Part shown: in pieces, positions 48,801-62,000 of the stretch
Layout of the letters: every line of letters begins with the position of its first letter
How positions within the stretch are numbered: position 1 is the first letter of the stretch
DNA from: Stegostoma tigrinum
Lineage: Eukaryota
Assembly: GCF_030684315.1 (NCBI RefSeq)
Contig: NC_081359.1
Span: forward strand, 58,066,505-58,130,504
Direction: 5' to 3'
DNA: 64,000 nt
Program-made: the position numbers and the translations under genes
Notes under the pieces: generated by a model
What the model saw: the letters and a program-made list of their open reading frames with translations, nothing else
Databases searched by the model: none
What the model was told of the DNA's origin: nothing

Positions 48801-48924
48801 ATTTAAACATTGCTAAATAGATACCAGAGTTTTAAGCATTTCACCTCATTCTCATCAGAATAAAAATGGATGAAACAGGGTGGTTAAAAAAAATTTGATA
48901 CAGCATGAGAAATGGGTGCTGATA

Positions 48925-51290
48925 AGAGTATAGAAAGTGACCCTACATCAAACGATAGACACCAGACTATTCTAATCTCTTTCACCTACATTTGGCCCAT
49001 GGCCTACTGTGCGCTGGCATTTTAAGCAGTCATCCAGATGTTTCTTAAATGTTGCAAGAGTACCTGCCTATATCACCCTGTCAGGTAGCACATTCCATAT
49101 ATCTACCAATTTCTGGGTGAATTGTTTTTTTTCACTCTCAGATCTCTAAACTACTTGCACCTCACTTTAAACTTATGCCATCTGGTCCTAGACACATCTA
49201 CCATGGAAAGATCGGTGATAATGGGAACTGCAGATGCTGGAGAATCCAAGATAATAAAATGTGAGGCTGGATGAACACAGCAGGCCCAGCATCCTGAGAT
49301 GCTGCTGGGCCTGCTGTATTCATCCAGCCTCACATTTTATTACCATGGAAAGATCTATGCCTTTCATAGTTTTTTTATGCCTCAGTGAGATCCACCTTCA
49401 ATCTCCAATGCTCCACGGAAAACAAACCCAGTCTATCTAATGTCTCCTCATAACTGAGACTTTTCATTGTGGGCAGCATCCTGGTGAATCTCCCTTGCAT
49501 CCTCTCATAGCAATTTCATCCTTCTGATAAGATAGCAACCAGACCTGCATTCAGTATTCCACCTGTGGTCTAATCGATGTTTTATAAAGTTGTAACAACA
49601 ATTCAGCACTCCTATTTTCGAAACCCCAGCTAATGACAGCAAGGATCTCACATATGTTCTTCACTGCTCTGTCTATTAGGGCTGACAGCTTCATGGATCT
49701 ATACATCAAGTTCCCCAGGAACCTATGATTCATTACATATATCCATCCCCTTTTAGCCCTTGTAAACAGCATCACCTCAAATTATCAGGCTAAAATTCCA
49801 CCTACCATTGCTGTGCCCAATGTACTAGCTCATCAATATTAGGCTGCACCCTGAGACCATCCTCCTCATTGTCAACACCACCGTCCAAATTTCAAGTAAT
49901 GTACAAGCTTACTCATTAAACCTTCTTCATTCACATCAAATTTGTTAATGTACATTCTGAGCAACAACGGTCCCAGCACTGATCCCAATGATGCACCATT
50001 GTTCACAGGCTGTCTATTAAAATAAACACTCTGCCATCTGGCACCTTGACAAATACACAAATAGAATGGGAATAGAGGAATACAGTCCCCGGAAGGGTAG
50101 GGCTTTTAGATGTGATGGGGAGCATGTCAGTACAAGCTTAGAGGGCCGAATGGCCTGTTCCTGTGCTGTAATTTTCTTTTTTTTGTTTATCACACGTCGC
50201 TCCTATTTGCAAGCCAATTTTAGATCCTATTTGCCAACTCACCTTGGATCCCACCTGCTCTTAGCTTTTGGACGTGTCTTCCATGTAGGTCCTTGGTAAA
50301 GACCTTATTGAAATTTATGTAAACCACAACAATTGCACTACCCTTATCAACACATTTAGTCACCTTTTCAAAACAAAACCGCAATTAAATTAGTCAGAAT
50401 GGATCTCTCTCTAACAATACTGTGTCAAATCCCTGCCTTTCAAAGTATTGATTAATCCTGTCTTTCAGAATTTTTTCCAATAATTTCTCTACCAGTGACA
50501 TCAGACGAACTGGTCTGTAATTGCCTGGCCTATTGCTACTGCCCTCTTGAACAAAGGAATCACACTAGCTATCTTCCAGTCATATGGCACTTCATCTGTG
50601 GCCAGCAAAGTGTTAAATATCTCCGCCAGGGCCCAGCTATCTCTTTCCGTAGCAGCCTGGAAGATACCTCATCAGGCCCCATGGATTTACACACCTGTAT
50701 ACCTGTTGAAACATCTAATATCTCCTCGTTATTAATCTTAATGTGTTCTAGAACCTTACCATCCCGACTGATATTCCCAGATACAATGTCTTTCTCCTTT
50801 GTGAATACACATGAGAAGTATTCATTTAAGACCTCACCCTCTCCACTGGCTTCACACACGGGTTGCCCCTTTGCTTTTTAACTTTTTGTCTATTAATCCT
50901 CTTATTCTTAATAAAAATCCTTGGGGTTTTCCTTGATCCCATCTGCCAAAGATATTTCATGGTCCTTCTTTGTCCTTCTAATTACCTTCTTAAGTAACCT
51001 CTGACACTGTCTATACTTTTGAAAGGCCACCCTTCTTTTTAATCCCCTGTACCTAACAAATGTTCCCTTGTTTTTCTTTATCAAACTCTCAATATCCCTT
51101 GGCATCCAGGGTTCCCTGGACTTGCTGCCCTTGCCATTCCCACTTGGAGGAACATGCTGGCACTGAACTCTCACTAAACTACTTTTAAGAGACTCCTATG
51201 TTTGCCAGAGCTTGTCTAATGATACTGAAATCAACTTTGTCCTAATTTAGACACTTAACTTCTGCACTGTTGTTATCCCTTTCCATAAAT
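48925..51290 (-). mobile_element. Degenerate CR1 LINE (ORF2 middle to 3' end)
   Basis: ORFs 50908..51174 (EPWM...KENPKDFY), 50569..50859 (EVLNEYFSCVFTKE...KSMGPDE), 49872..50060 (GSVLGPLL), 49551..49775 (LYKTSIRPQVEY). Confidence 0.88.
49214..49340 (-). mobile_element. Penelope hairpin mini-insertion nested in CR1
   Basis: TSD TACCATGGAAAGATC 49199-49213/49341-49355; 36-nt tail 49214-49249; ~40-bp inverted arms. Confidence 0.9.
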
Positions 51291-52299
51291 TTGGTTGAAC
51301 TATCACTAGCATGGAGATGTAGCAAAATAGCTCATAGTCAATCTTAATTCTCAGGCCAGGCAGGCCAATTCTGATTAATCCAGCTATCGTTGCTGTAATG
51401 TAACAGTTTGGCTGTTGCCATGACCCCTAGGGTGCACTCTATGTACAAATTCCATTTGCCTAAAATTCCTTTTGGTTGATAATCCAGTGCTTTATCATTA
51501 GAGCTGACATCCTTTGGCTACCTGTTTTAGCTATTAAGGTGTCTATAACAAAACTCTGTGTCGTGTCCTTATCACAGATAAAAGAGTACTTTGATGATGA
51601 GAAGAAAATAAACAAGGAATAGATACCAAGAAATGGTGGCAAAGTTAAAATTCAGCTTAAAATTGTCATGAAGGAATTTGAAGAGAAAGTCCAGGAAATT
51701 TAAAACCCAATCATTCAAGAACACAAAGCTGGTACATTACAAAGAAGATGGGGGTTGACGCATGAGTATGAATCAGTAAGAAACAGATACTGACAGCCAA
51801 GATTTAGCCAAGTTCAAATCCATGGGGCATGGAGGATCGGAGCTACGCAAGGAGCAGCTGAATAGAGAGCTGAAAAAAATGCAACAGTAAAACGGGATTG
51901 ACCACGCTACAAGTGATTCGAATAAGTGAACATTAAAGATCATAAAGCAATCATTTACAAGGTGGAGTGACTTCTTCCTAAATCTGGAAATCAGTTATTA
52001 GTACAAAAACCAAATTAACTGATGTGTCATCTCATTGGATATTTAGGGGAATTGGATATACATTAAATGACTATAGTGCTTAGTTCCAGAACAGCAGTCT
52101 TTGCAATGCAAAGATATTAATTGTATGTTAAACACCTTGAGTAATTTCTGAGATGTAACACATCACATAAATTAATGGATGGGTCATTAGTTAAGTCATA
52201 CAATGCAGTACTATGAATGTCTATTGCGGTGAGGGGAAAAGAAATATTTATTTTGAAAGGTTAATTTGGCACTTTACGTTGTAAGAAATTTTGAATTAA

Positions 52300-52720
52300 T
52301 AGGAGGAAAGAGAAGTCAATGTTTTGGGTATCACCCTTCTTCAGGACTGGATATGGGGTTTGGGGGAGCTGTAGATAAAGGTGGGTGTGTTTGGGAGGTA
52401 GTAGAATGGTGGTGATAGGTGGACACTGGTAGCAGGTTGGTCGATGGGCAGGATGAATCCAGTTGGTAGCTGGAAGGGAGGGTCAGTATGTGGAATGGAA
52501 GGAAGAAGGTGAGGCTGGAAAGGGAACTGGGGAATGGGTGGGAAGATTACTTGAAATTGGAGAACTCAATGTTGAGTCCTTCAGGCTGTAGGGTGCCCCG
52601 ATGGAAGATAAGGTGTTGTGCCTCAAATTTGCATTCTGAATGCTGCCTGGCTTGATTTGTTCTTCCAGCCTCCTGTTTGCGTACCTTGGATTCCAGCATG
52701 AGCAGTGTTTCTTTTATCTC
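52300..52720 (-). mobile_element. Old Neptune-type PLE 3' end plus inverted pLTR piece
   Basis: ORF 52547..52798 ends CKFEAQHLIFHRGTLQPEGLNIEFSNFK (GIY-YIG C-terminus); minus hammerhead CTGAAGAagggtgatacccAAAACATT 52318-52344; plus-oriented atgctgcctggc...ggattccagcat at 52640-52700. Confidence 0.75.
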
Positions 52721-53629
52721 TAATTTTGAATTACTTATTGCCCAGAATTCTGTTTCTTTTCTTCTCAGATAAAAAAATAACAAAATCAACATTTTCATGC
52801 ATGTTACTATCTGTGTGCAATTTTTTTTGGTTCCTGTTAAATTAATTATTGTTGATTTAATATAAACTTATTTTCTTTTAAGTGAAATCTGAAAAGTCTT
52901 TAATCCTCATTGTATGGTGTATACTGTAGTTAGCCTAAGGGTACAGCACAGGGCAATTCACTGGGAAATCCTGAAGTAGAAATCACTGTAGATATGAAAT
53001 GACAGATATGCAATAAGGTCATTTTTTTGCCCTGCAGTTTCAACCTATCTTTCTCTTTTCATATATTCTACGTTGCGTGTAAATGCTACAGCACTTGCAA
53101 AGAAGAAAATGCACACTAGTCATCATCTGTGATAAAGGCCTCAGAAACATATTCTGATTAACAATTTTTTCACTGACATTATAAGCAACTAACATCATTA
53201 AAGCATCTGTTAAGAGGCCACATACCTGCATCTAATGTTTTGATATTCCATTCATGCATGATAATGCTTAGAAGTGGTTCAAGTAGCTCTGACTCCTCCA
53301 GATTTAACCCAAGTTTAGCTTTGCTGTTAGGCGAGTGAAAATAAAAATAAATTCGCCATCTGCTCTCTTACAGATGATGTGCAAAATGTTATCTTTCTCA
53401 TATTCTATGTATGGAGTAAATTGATTTATTGTGGCACCAGTTATTGACCATGTCAGTGGGTTCCATGAACTTGAAATATTTGACAAGGTATTGGCAGTCT
53501 TTCTTACAAGGCTCACAAAATGGTTTTGACTAGTGAAGACATGATAAGGACAATAGAACAGGAGCAGAAATTCCCCCCTTTTAAAATATAGCCAAAGATC
53601 ATGTCTTTTTTTCATCAGCGTGGCTAAAT

Positions 53630-54110
53630 GTGAGGCCTTAGATTTGGATAATGGGATCCAAGAAAATATTACTAATTGGATCCAGAATTGGCTGAGTGGA
53701 AGGAAGCAGATGGTCACGCTTGAGAGTGTTTTTGAAATTGGAAGCCCTCTGTCCATTGGGTTTCCATAGGGATCAGTGTTGGGGCCCTTGCTGTTTGTGT
53801 TACATATAGACTTGTATGTGGGAATGTTGATTAGCTTGGATGAAATGGAAATTGGTGGAGTGGTAAATAGTAAAGAGGATAGCCTCAGATTACAGGAGAT
53901 AATAGCTGGGCTAATCAATGGCAAATAGAATTCAAAGATAAACGAGGCAATGGAATACATGGTGAACAGTAGAATCTTGGGAAACACAAAGATGGACCTA
54001 AAGGGAACTGGACTGGTAATTAGGTGGCTCAGAAAGCAAGTCGAATTCTTAACTTTATAGCCAAGGTATAGAGATAAAGAACAAGGATTATTCTGAAATG
54101 TACTTAATGT
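53630..54110 (+). mobile_element. Degenerate CR1 RT fragment
   Basis: tggatccagaattggctgagtggaaggaagcag (WIQNWLSGRKQ), ccatagggatcagtgttggggcccttgctgttt (P*GSVLGPLLF). Confidence 0.8.
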
Positions 54111-54166
54111 TGCCACATAAATTTTCTGTTTTCTTTATATATGCATTTTTGTACACAATGCATATA

Positions 54167-55121
54167 CCATATATACTCGAGGAAAAGTCGATCTCATGTA
54201 AAAGTCGACCCTGATTCTTCAGAGATAATTGATCAACATTTTTGAGTCAAGGTATCCTGTACATACATGTTATGATGAGGGAATGAATTTTTTCATGCTA
54301 TTATGTATTTTGATGCACAATTCTCACCACTTTGGCATGAATGTTTAGATGCATCAGGTCAGTCAGGTGACAACCTCCCTTTGCGTGTAGCTCAGCTGAA
54401 CTCACTTCCCCTGTGGCACTCATGGAATACAGTCATATACCTAGTTGAGGTTTTGAAATTCCTTCATCACTGTGTAAAAATGCCCTCCAGAAAAAAATAA
54501 AAACACAATTGGAGAAAAACGTTGCCACGTAGGTACTTAAAAATCATCAAAATGGAAAATGAGTTGATAGTGAAGCCATCTGAATACATGCACAAAACAC
54601 ATCAAAGAAGAATGGAATTTTGGATTTTGAGGCAAGTGCTGGATGGTGCACAAGGTTCATGACAAGGCATGATTTGTTACTTTGGCAGAGAACTAAGATT
54701 GAGCAAAAGCTGCCTGCTGAACTAGAAGATAAAGTATTACAGTTTCACCAGTTTGTAATCAGAAATCGGCAAAAGGAAGGCGAATTTTAAGTGATAATTT
54801 TAAAATTTGTTTAATTTAAGATGTACCATGTAATTGTAAATTAAAGCTGTGTTATATTTCTATTTCACTTTTTGTTTGTACAAATAAAAGCCTACAAATT
54901 CATTTTCATTTCTGTTGTCCTTATCCAGTGATTCTTGTAATTTGTTGCAATTTTTTCTTTATTCATTTAGAGATCAATTGGGCTTCTGCTAATGATAGAG
55001 TATTTTGGACTGTAGCATTAATTTTAGCCCCTCAAAACTAGTATCCACGTAATAGTCGACCCCATAAAGTTGACCTCAAAAAACAGTCTAAAAATTTTAA
55101 CTTTTACATGAGTATGTATGG
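54167..55121 (+). mobile_element. Internally deleted pogo/Tc2-type DNA transposon (Tc1-mariner superfamily)
   Basis: TA-CCATATATACTCGAGGAAAAGTCGA ... TTAACTTTTACATGAGTATGTATGG-TA (19/25 TIR match); internal DFEASAGWCTRFMTRHDLLLWQRTKIEQKLPAELEDKVLQFHQFV at about 54623-54760 (CENP-B/Tc5 HTH end). Confidence 0.88.
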
Positions 55122-55639
55122 TATTTAGGATTTTAAAAATAAAGAAGACACATAGTTGATGTTGATAGCAAATGGGTAACTAAATTTTAGGGGCTTGAGG
55201 CATTTTAGCACTAATGAACTTATTGAAAGACAAAATAATTTATGCTAATTCTAAATTAAAAAGTATTATGCTGGAATAGCTGTATCAATAATGTAGATTG
55301 ATATAAGTTACATATTTTTCAAGAGAAAGGTTTAGGATATAGTGCATATTTATCTGTTCTCCATTCTTTGACAACTCATAGAAACATACCCCAATTATTA
55401 AATTAAAAATAATTTAACTGTGAAATGAAATCAAATCATTCATTTGATTAATTCCTTATCTAATATTGTTCACTTGATATTTCTGCTTAATATTAATTTT
55501 TATAACCAGGTATTTTTATATCTCATTTTAAGGAGGGTGAAATTCATTTACTTGCAAATTGTAATTCTGCTCTAGATCTTCTAGTCATCAGAATTGTAGA
55601 AGTAATTGTTGCTATTCCCGAACTTTTCCCTGTTCTGAC

Positions 55640-56340
55640 AATGGGCCCAATTTTTCTGGGATCTTATAGTTCCAGCTGAAACACAAGTTGCCAGGGCAGC
55701 ATCTCCAGGGAAAGCCAGCAAGTATAGTAGAGGGAGGGAAAGGAGAAGACACTTTCTTCTCCATGTACAGCATGAGCTATCTTATTCAGGTAAGCTTAGA
55801 AAAGTCCAAGTCTTGTAATAAATGTGCATGGTTTCCTACGTGGATGAATGAATGAGTGGATACTGTAGATAAGTGAAGAGGGTAGGTTGATCTGGTACAT
55901 AAAGTAGTTCAGCATGTAAGAAGAGGGGTTAATCAAATGGTTGGGGAGCTCCTGTGTTGGTGTAGGATAGAGGTAGTTTGATGGTGGGGGGTGGAGGGAT
56001 TGTCAAGTCATTTTGGGTTTGGTGGTTGGGATGGTATCTGGGTCTGTTGGGGTGGTATCTGGGTCTGTTGGGGTGGAAGGGTGGATGCTAATTGGGTTGT
56101 CAGTTGCATTGCTCAAATCAGTCTCATAAATCTTAGGCTGGGTATTATACACCATACCATTTCCTTCATTAATATCCTGTTAAGTCCCATGTAACAGGCC
56201 AAAATATTCACCCAAAACTAAGGTTCAGTGGCATCGGTAGAGGTTCACAAGCAGGAAGAAAATCAACTCATCAATATAAACTTTCTTGGCAATTCCCACA
56301 TATGTCCCATGTTAGGGCTTCTGAAGGTCCTTACATGGCT
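55640..56340 (-). repeat. Unclassified repeat with G-rich segment (copy 3), including a 21-bp tandem duplication
   Basis: Reverse complement of 56278-56330 matches 30645-30705; (TGGTATCTGGGTCTGTTGGGG)x2 at 56032-56073. Confidence 0.5.
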
Positions 56341-58004
56341 CTTCTAATATTCATTCCATCTTCAATAATTTGGAGAGTGGAAGATTTGAATCTCTGTTTC
56401 TTGTCCAGTATACTGTTGTCATAAAATAGGAAGAAGATATCTGAACTTTGGATCAGTAATACAAATAAGCACATGATCTTCCACTCAATAACAGACCAAA
56501 TATTATGGTTATTGTTCATATTCCCTCATAACTCAGTAAAATAAAAATAAAACAAATTTGGCCTAAAAATGCAAGGCATGATGTTACTTCAGCTTTATGA
56601 TTTTGGCACTTGAGTGGAAAATAGCATTTATTCAGCTCTTGCCTAGAATGCCAACCTCATTTTTTACCAGAGACAAGATTAATGATGTGCACCAGTAGCT
56701 TATTTATGAGGACTATGGGATAACGAGATGTGAAATGATTCCAGGGCTTACATCTGAATCCATTTCTAGCTACTGCTGATTACAGCTCTGATGTAAACTG
56801 CTTGTTGAACAGCAAGAACTCCCATTACAATTTGAAAGCTCTAACTCAGCTGAAACATTAGTTCCTCAAGCTCGCAACTTGCAGTGGAAAAACGCAAAGT
56901 ACTGTATGTCTGCAGTCACAGGTAGGTCAGACTAAGGAAAGACAGGAGGAAAGAAAAGCGGCATTATGCTGCAAATCAGTGGAAAACCATATGTTGTAAG
57001 TGCCTAAGCAGGTTCTAATCAGAGTTTGAAGCTCACCAAACAAAACTCCCTGCTTTGGAAATCTTAGGCTCAGAATCATGTTGTGCCACGTCTTAGATTC
57101 AGGTTTCCATCCACAGTTTAACTGTCCTTTCTGTATGAAACAAATCCACTCTGCAATGACACTTGTAAGGAAGTGTCGACTGCATCTTGAATTAATGCCA
57201 GAATTAAGCAGAAACTTCTCAAGGTCCGGTTTAGTACTGATCAGAGGTAAATATGTCCATTATGAGTCATCTCCTGCTTCTGTGTTCACCAACAACATTC
57301 TTCTCCTCCAAAATCTGTCAGTCTCTGAGGAAACCACTGTATCCTGACTGTTCTTGTGCTGTCTGCGGTTATTGAAAAATGGATTCTACTTTGAACATAA
57401 TCAGCAATTCACATATAAATTGCACTAGTTTCCAGAAGCTTTCTTTGCTCAAGATTTTGCTGTAACTTATTTGAATATTGTCAAAGGTGTGCCTTCCAAA
57501 ATCTAGCATATTCAAGCAATGTTATCAAGCTTAATTTATTTTACATATTTTCTTGGATGAAAAAAAATTCTTTGAGACATTTAAGAATGGTAGCTTCGTG
57601 CATTTTTATTAACAGGAATAAAACAAAGGTTTATTACAAAAAAAACCATTTGATTCAATACGCGAACTCCAAAGCCTGAGTGTAACCCAAATTTAATGAC
57701 TTAATTGAACATGGTTTTAAAGGAACTGAGGAAATCCATTTACTAGCCACATTGGTGTACAAGAGTCAGTTCCTTCATAAATTCAAAAAAATAAATATGT
57801 ATATGCGTGTACTTGCATTAAAAAGTGCTTAATTTTAAGAGTTTCCTCAAAGGCATGCAAACTCACCATGGTGATTTATTCAGTCCGTAGCACAGCCAGT
57901 TTTGTGGATGAAACTGGCTTTCAGCATTTTTTTTAAGTGCAGAAGATTGTGGAAACTAACAATGCCCTGAATGTTACTCACACTTGAACTTTTTTAGCTT
58001 TTTG

Positions 58005-59915
58005 CACCATCCTTTCTTGACCTACATGTGACTCAAGACACTCAGACATTTGGTTGACTCTTAACTCCTCTTTGAAATGTTCAAACAAGCCACTCAATTA
58101 AATTAACTGCTTAAAATTCACAAAAAATGATATGAAACTGTATAGATCACATAGCATCGATGAAGGTTTCAGACCTGACAACAGCGACACTTTGGTCAAT
58201 GCTGCAGAGTCCAATTTAGTAACAACCCGGGGCTACTGCCAAAATTCGGAGAGCTATCTCACAGGCCAGTCAAGCCACAACCTGTCATGGTCATACACAC
58301 AGAATCATGCCTTAGAGACAATATTCCAGACACCACCATCATCCCTGAATATGCCACCCCAACAGAGGTAGTGGCATAGTGGTGTACAGTCAGGAGACAT
58401 TTAAACTGGGAGTCCTCAATATTGACTCTCTACCTCATGAAATCTTATGGCAGAAGGACAAACATGGGAAAGGAAACTTTCTGTTAATTACCAGATTGAA
58501 CACTGTTTGTTGAAAGCACTGAGGGTGGCAAGGGTGCAGAATTTACTGTGGGTGGGACATTTTAATGTCCTCCATCCTCACCAGTCTCCCCGCCATGGAT
58601 GCGCCTGTCCATGACAGTATCGATAGGAGTGACCACTGCATAGTCCTTGTGGAGACGAAGTCCCACCTTCATATTGAGGATAACCTACACCATGTTGTGT
58701 AGCACTATCACTGTGTTAAACCAGATAAGATTTGAACAGCTCTCGCAACTCAAGGCTAGACATCATGAGGTGCTGTGGGCCATCACTAGCAGCAGAATCA
58801 TACTCTAACACAATCTGCAATCTCACGGCCTGGCATATACCTTACTCTACCTTTGCCATCATGCCAGGGTATCATGCCCGATTTAATGAAGGCTAGAGGA
58901 GGACATGCTACAAGCAGCACCAGGCATGTAAAAAAAAATGAAGTGTCAAACTGTTGAAGCTACCAAACGGGATTACTTTTGTGAAAAACATCTTTTGCAG
59001 CAAGGGATGGTCAGAGGGAAGAAATTCCAAAGCCAGTGGATCAGATCTAAGCTAGGCAGTCCTGCTATATCCAGATGTCAATGATAATTGATAATTAAAG
59101 AACTCACTGGAAGAGGCAACTCTATAAACATATCCAGCCTCAATAATGGAAGCACCTAACATATCAGTATGACAGATAAGGTTCAGCCAGAAATGCCACA
59201 TGGATGATCCTTCTCAACTTCTTCCAGATAGATGCATGACAAATGCTGGTCTTTAGTCAATTCATTTCACTCCATGTGATATCAAGAAGTAGCTGGGAGC
59301 ACTGAATACTTACTGCACCAGCAACGTCCTAGAGGTTACGTTGACCAGAAACTGAAGTGGATTAGTCATACAAATACTGTGACCACAAGGACAGGTCAGA
59401 GGCTAGAAATCCTTCAATAAGTATGTCACCTCCTGCTCTCTAAAGCCTGTCCACTATCCACAAGAAACCAGTCAGTAGTGTGATGGAATACTCCCCATTA
59501 ACCTGACTGAGTGCAACTCCAAAGACAGTCAACAAACTTGACACCATTCAGGAAAAAGCAACTCACTTGATCAGCGTCACATCCATCAACATCCAAACCC
59601 CCTAACATGGTCATTCAGTAGCAGCAGTTTGTACCATCTACAAGATGCACTGTAGAATGATACATGCACACACCATGACCTGCATATTCCCCTCCAAGCC
59701 ACTCACTATGCTTACTTGGAAATATTTAGCCATTCCTTCAGTATCACAGGATCAAAATCCTGGAACTCCAATCCTATTGCCATTCCAGGATGCCTACACC
59801 AAACAGACTGCAGCAGTACATGAAGTCAGCGCACCGCAATATTTTCAAGCAAAACCAAGAGTGCACAATAAATGTTGGCCCTGTCAGCAGTGCCTTCATA
59901 TTATGAATTACTAAT
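58005..59915 (+). mobile_element. Second-lineage CR1-group LINE with RT core deleted
   Basis: 5' UTR piece ctacatgtgactc...caagccactca; APE start ccaaaattcggagagctatctcacagg matches 62430; jumps at about 59320 to the C-terminal region; 3' end aataaatgttggccc. Confidence 0.8.
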
Positions 59916-60759
59916 AAAAACAATTGGAAATCAGAACATACCTGTGGAAGTGAGGCTAAAAAATGAAACCACTGCACCAAATCTAGCATCATTGATTGAA
60001 ATGCCATTCCAAGATTACATTTGTAGTCTTGAAGGTAGATGCCCAAACCTGTAGCACTTGAAAGGTTTTGCTTTCACTTAGACTACAGTTACTTCCATCA
60101 CTCTGCGTAATTGCTAGTAGCAGAACAAATTTCCAAGCAAACATCTTTGCCTAAGATTTGAGCATGTCTCAAATCCAATCCTCAGATCAGGGAACTGATT
60201 GTGGAAACCAATCTACTGGGTTCAATTTCTTAATAATGCATCCTGTTGTGCATTGTATTTATCCCATAGTTTTGTAACAATTGTGCTTTTGCCTGTAGGT
60301 TATATGTAATGTATATAGATTTTTTTTGCTATGGGCGTTACTAACATTAACGTCTGTTGTTGCATTTATGCAGAGCTAAATCCTTATTTGTTTTCCCAAG
60401 TGTAACTTTCAAACTTATAAGTTTATACAATGTGCTTCGTTCTTAAATGGCTTTAGCATTGATTGAGCTCATATGCCATTGCAGATGGCATTATCTCCAA
60501 TATGCAGAGAATGCAGAGGTGATAGTAAATTATAATTTACGAAAAATAAAGGAAGACTCCCTTTCTATCTTGTTTCCAACTTTCATAAGTGTTTATCACA
60601 TGGATGATAGACTGGTGCTGACTGCAAATCTGTGTTATTTGCGAATTCAAGTGTCCATTCTCAGCATGACTGTAAACAATGAATGCTAGCATGTTACTTA
60701 ATTTGATGGTGGATAGAGCAGCAGAACCAAACCAGCCCTTGTTCAAAATCTTGATGCAG

Positions 60760-60925
60760 TTTCATAGGAGTCATCAGATAGCGATCAGGACCAGGATCCC
60801 TGACTAAATTTACCCCCCAAAACCATAATTCCTCAATACCACTTTAACTTAGGGTACTAAGGCCACTGGGCTGCTATTATACATTGGCTTTTGGCAAGAA
60901 GCTAACTCAGCACAGACAGAATGTC
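60760..60925 (-). mobile_element. Ancient SINE-like repeat (same family as 27270-27590)
   Basis: Minus ctgtgctgagttagct...cctggtcctgatcgctatctgatgactcc. Confidence 0.5.
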
Positions 60926-61904
60926 AGAAGCTCCAATGTCTATTAGTGCAAAGGGAATGTAAGAACCCACGAATACATTAGTGCAACAGCTAAAATTGCT
61001 TTCTTTTTTGTTATAATAATGTAGCAGGACACATTGGACTTATGCTTTTTATTTAAATCAGCACTGATACAGGAAGTGTAATTAAATATATTCAATGTAA
61101 TTCAACCATTTATTGAATACCTGCTTTTCTTTGAAAACAACATTATTCCATTGTTTCTTATTCTATCAATCTTATTACCCTGCATTTACATGTTATGCTG
61201 CCGCATTATTGGACCATAGTCTTAGTTTGAAGAAATATGGTAAATGAAATCTCAATTGACTTACAGCTTCCAGAACTCATGGCATCCATTTCAAGCAGGA
61301 GAAAATCTTCAGTCCATCTAGTCAACTTCTCTGTAATATATTTGTGATTTGTTTATTTACCAGAAAGGATTGTCTTTTTTCATGGATCTCATTAATGTTT
61401 CTTGCCAAGCCATTCCACTGTTTCACATGTTTTGCACTCATTTAGCATGAACAATATAGCCAATACCTTTTATCCCTAATATGCAAATATGAGCCCTTAG
61501 ATTTAAATTCTGTACATTTGGTACTCAGATCCAAAAGTTCCCAACTCTTTCATTTTTACTAACAGGTCCTTCATATCAACTGAAACTCCAAGTTCTCCAT
61601 CTCCAAGACTTCAAAAACTTTCCATTCTCACATAACGTACGTCATCTTTCTTTGAACCAAATCTCAGTCCTATGTTTTGTGTATTAATTTAGTCCTATCT
61701 TTTCTCTATCTATTGAGTGTGTTAGGATTCTTTTACTCATTTTAGTATTAATATTCAACATTTCTGGTTGGCAATAGAGGTCTATCGAAGCATTAGTATT
61801 CACATGCAATAGCAAGCCTTGCACAGGACAAGCAAGTCTCGGAGCCCAATGAAAGCTGTCCCCCAGTTCCAAACTACATTCATGATAACTAGAGAATACT
61901 GAAG

Positions 61905-62000
61905 ATAGACTTGCAGTATATAACACCTTTCATGAGATCAGCAAGTCCTAAAGCATTTATAGCCAGTGAAGGACACACTGTAGCCAATTTGTACATAGCA
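61905..62000 (-). mobile_element. Old SINE 3' tail (L2-like end), interrupted by the LINE at 62001
   Basis: Minus taaaatgctttaggac...atgaaaggtgttatatactgcaagtc; similar tails at 2407-2460(-) and 30480-30530(+). Confidence 0.5.

Noticed and set aside
51640-51960. Purine-rich, coding-looking stretch
   Set aside because: No long open frame or recognisable motif; could be a decayed element but I cannot support a call.
53304-54116. 270-aa minus-strand ORF
   Set aside because: Mostly the antisense of a decayed CR1 RT (KGPNTDPYG is the reverse of PQGSVLGP) running into unique DNA; no domain recognised.
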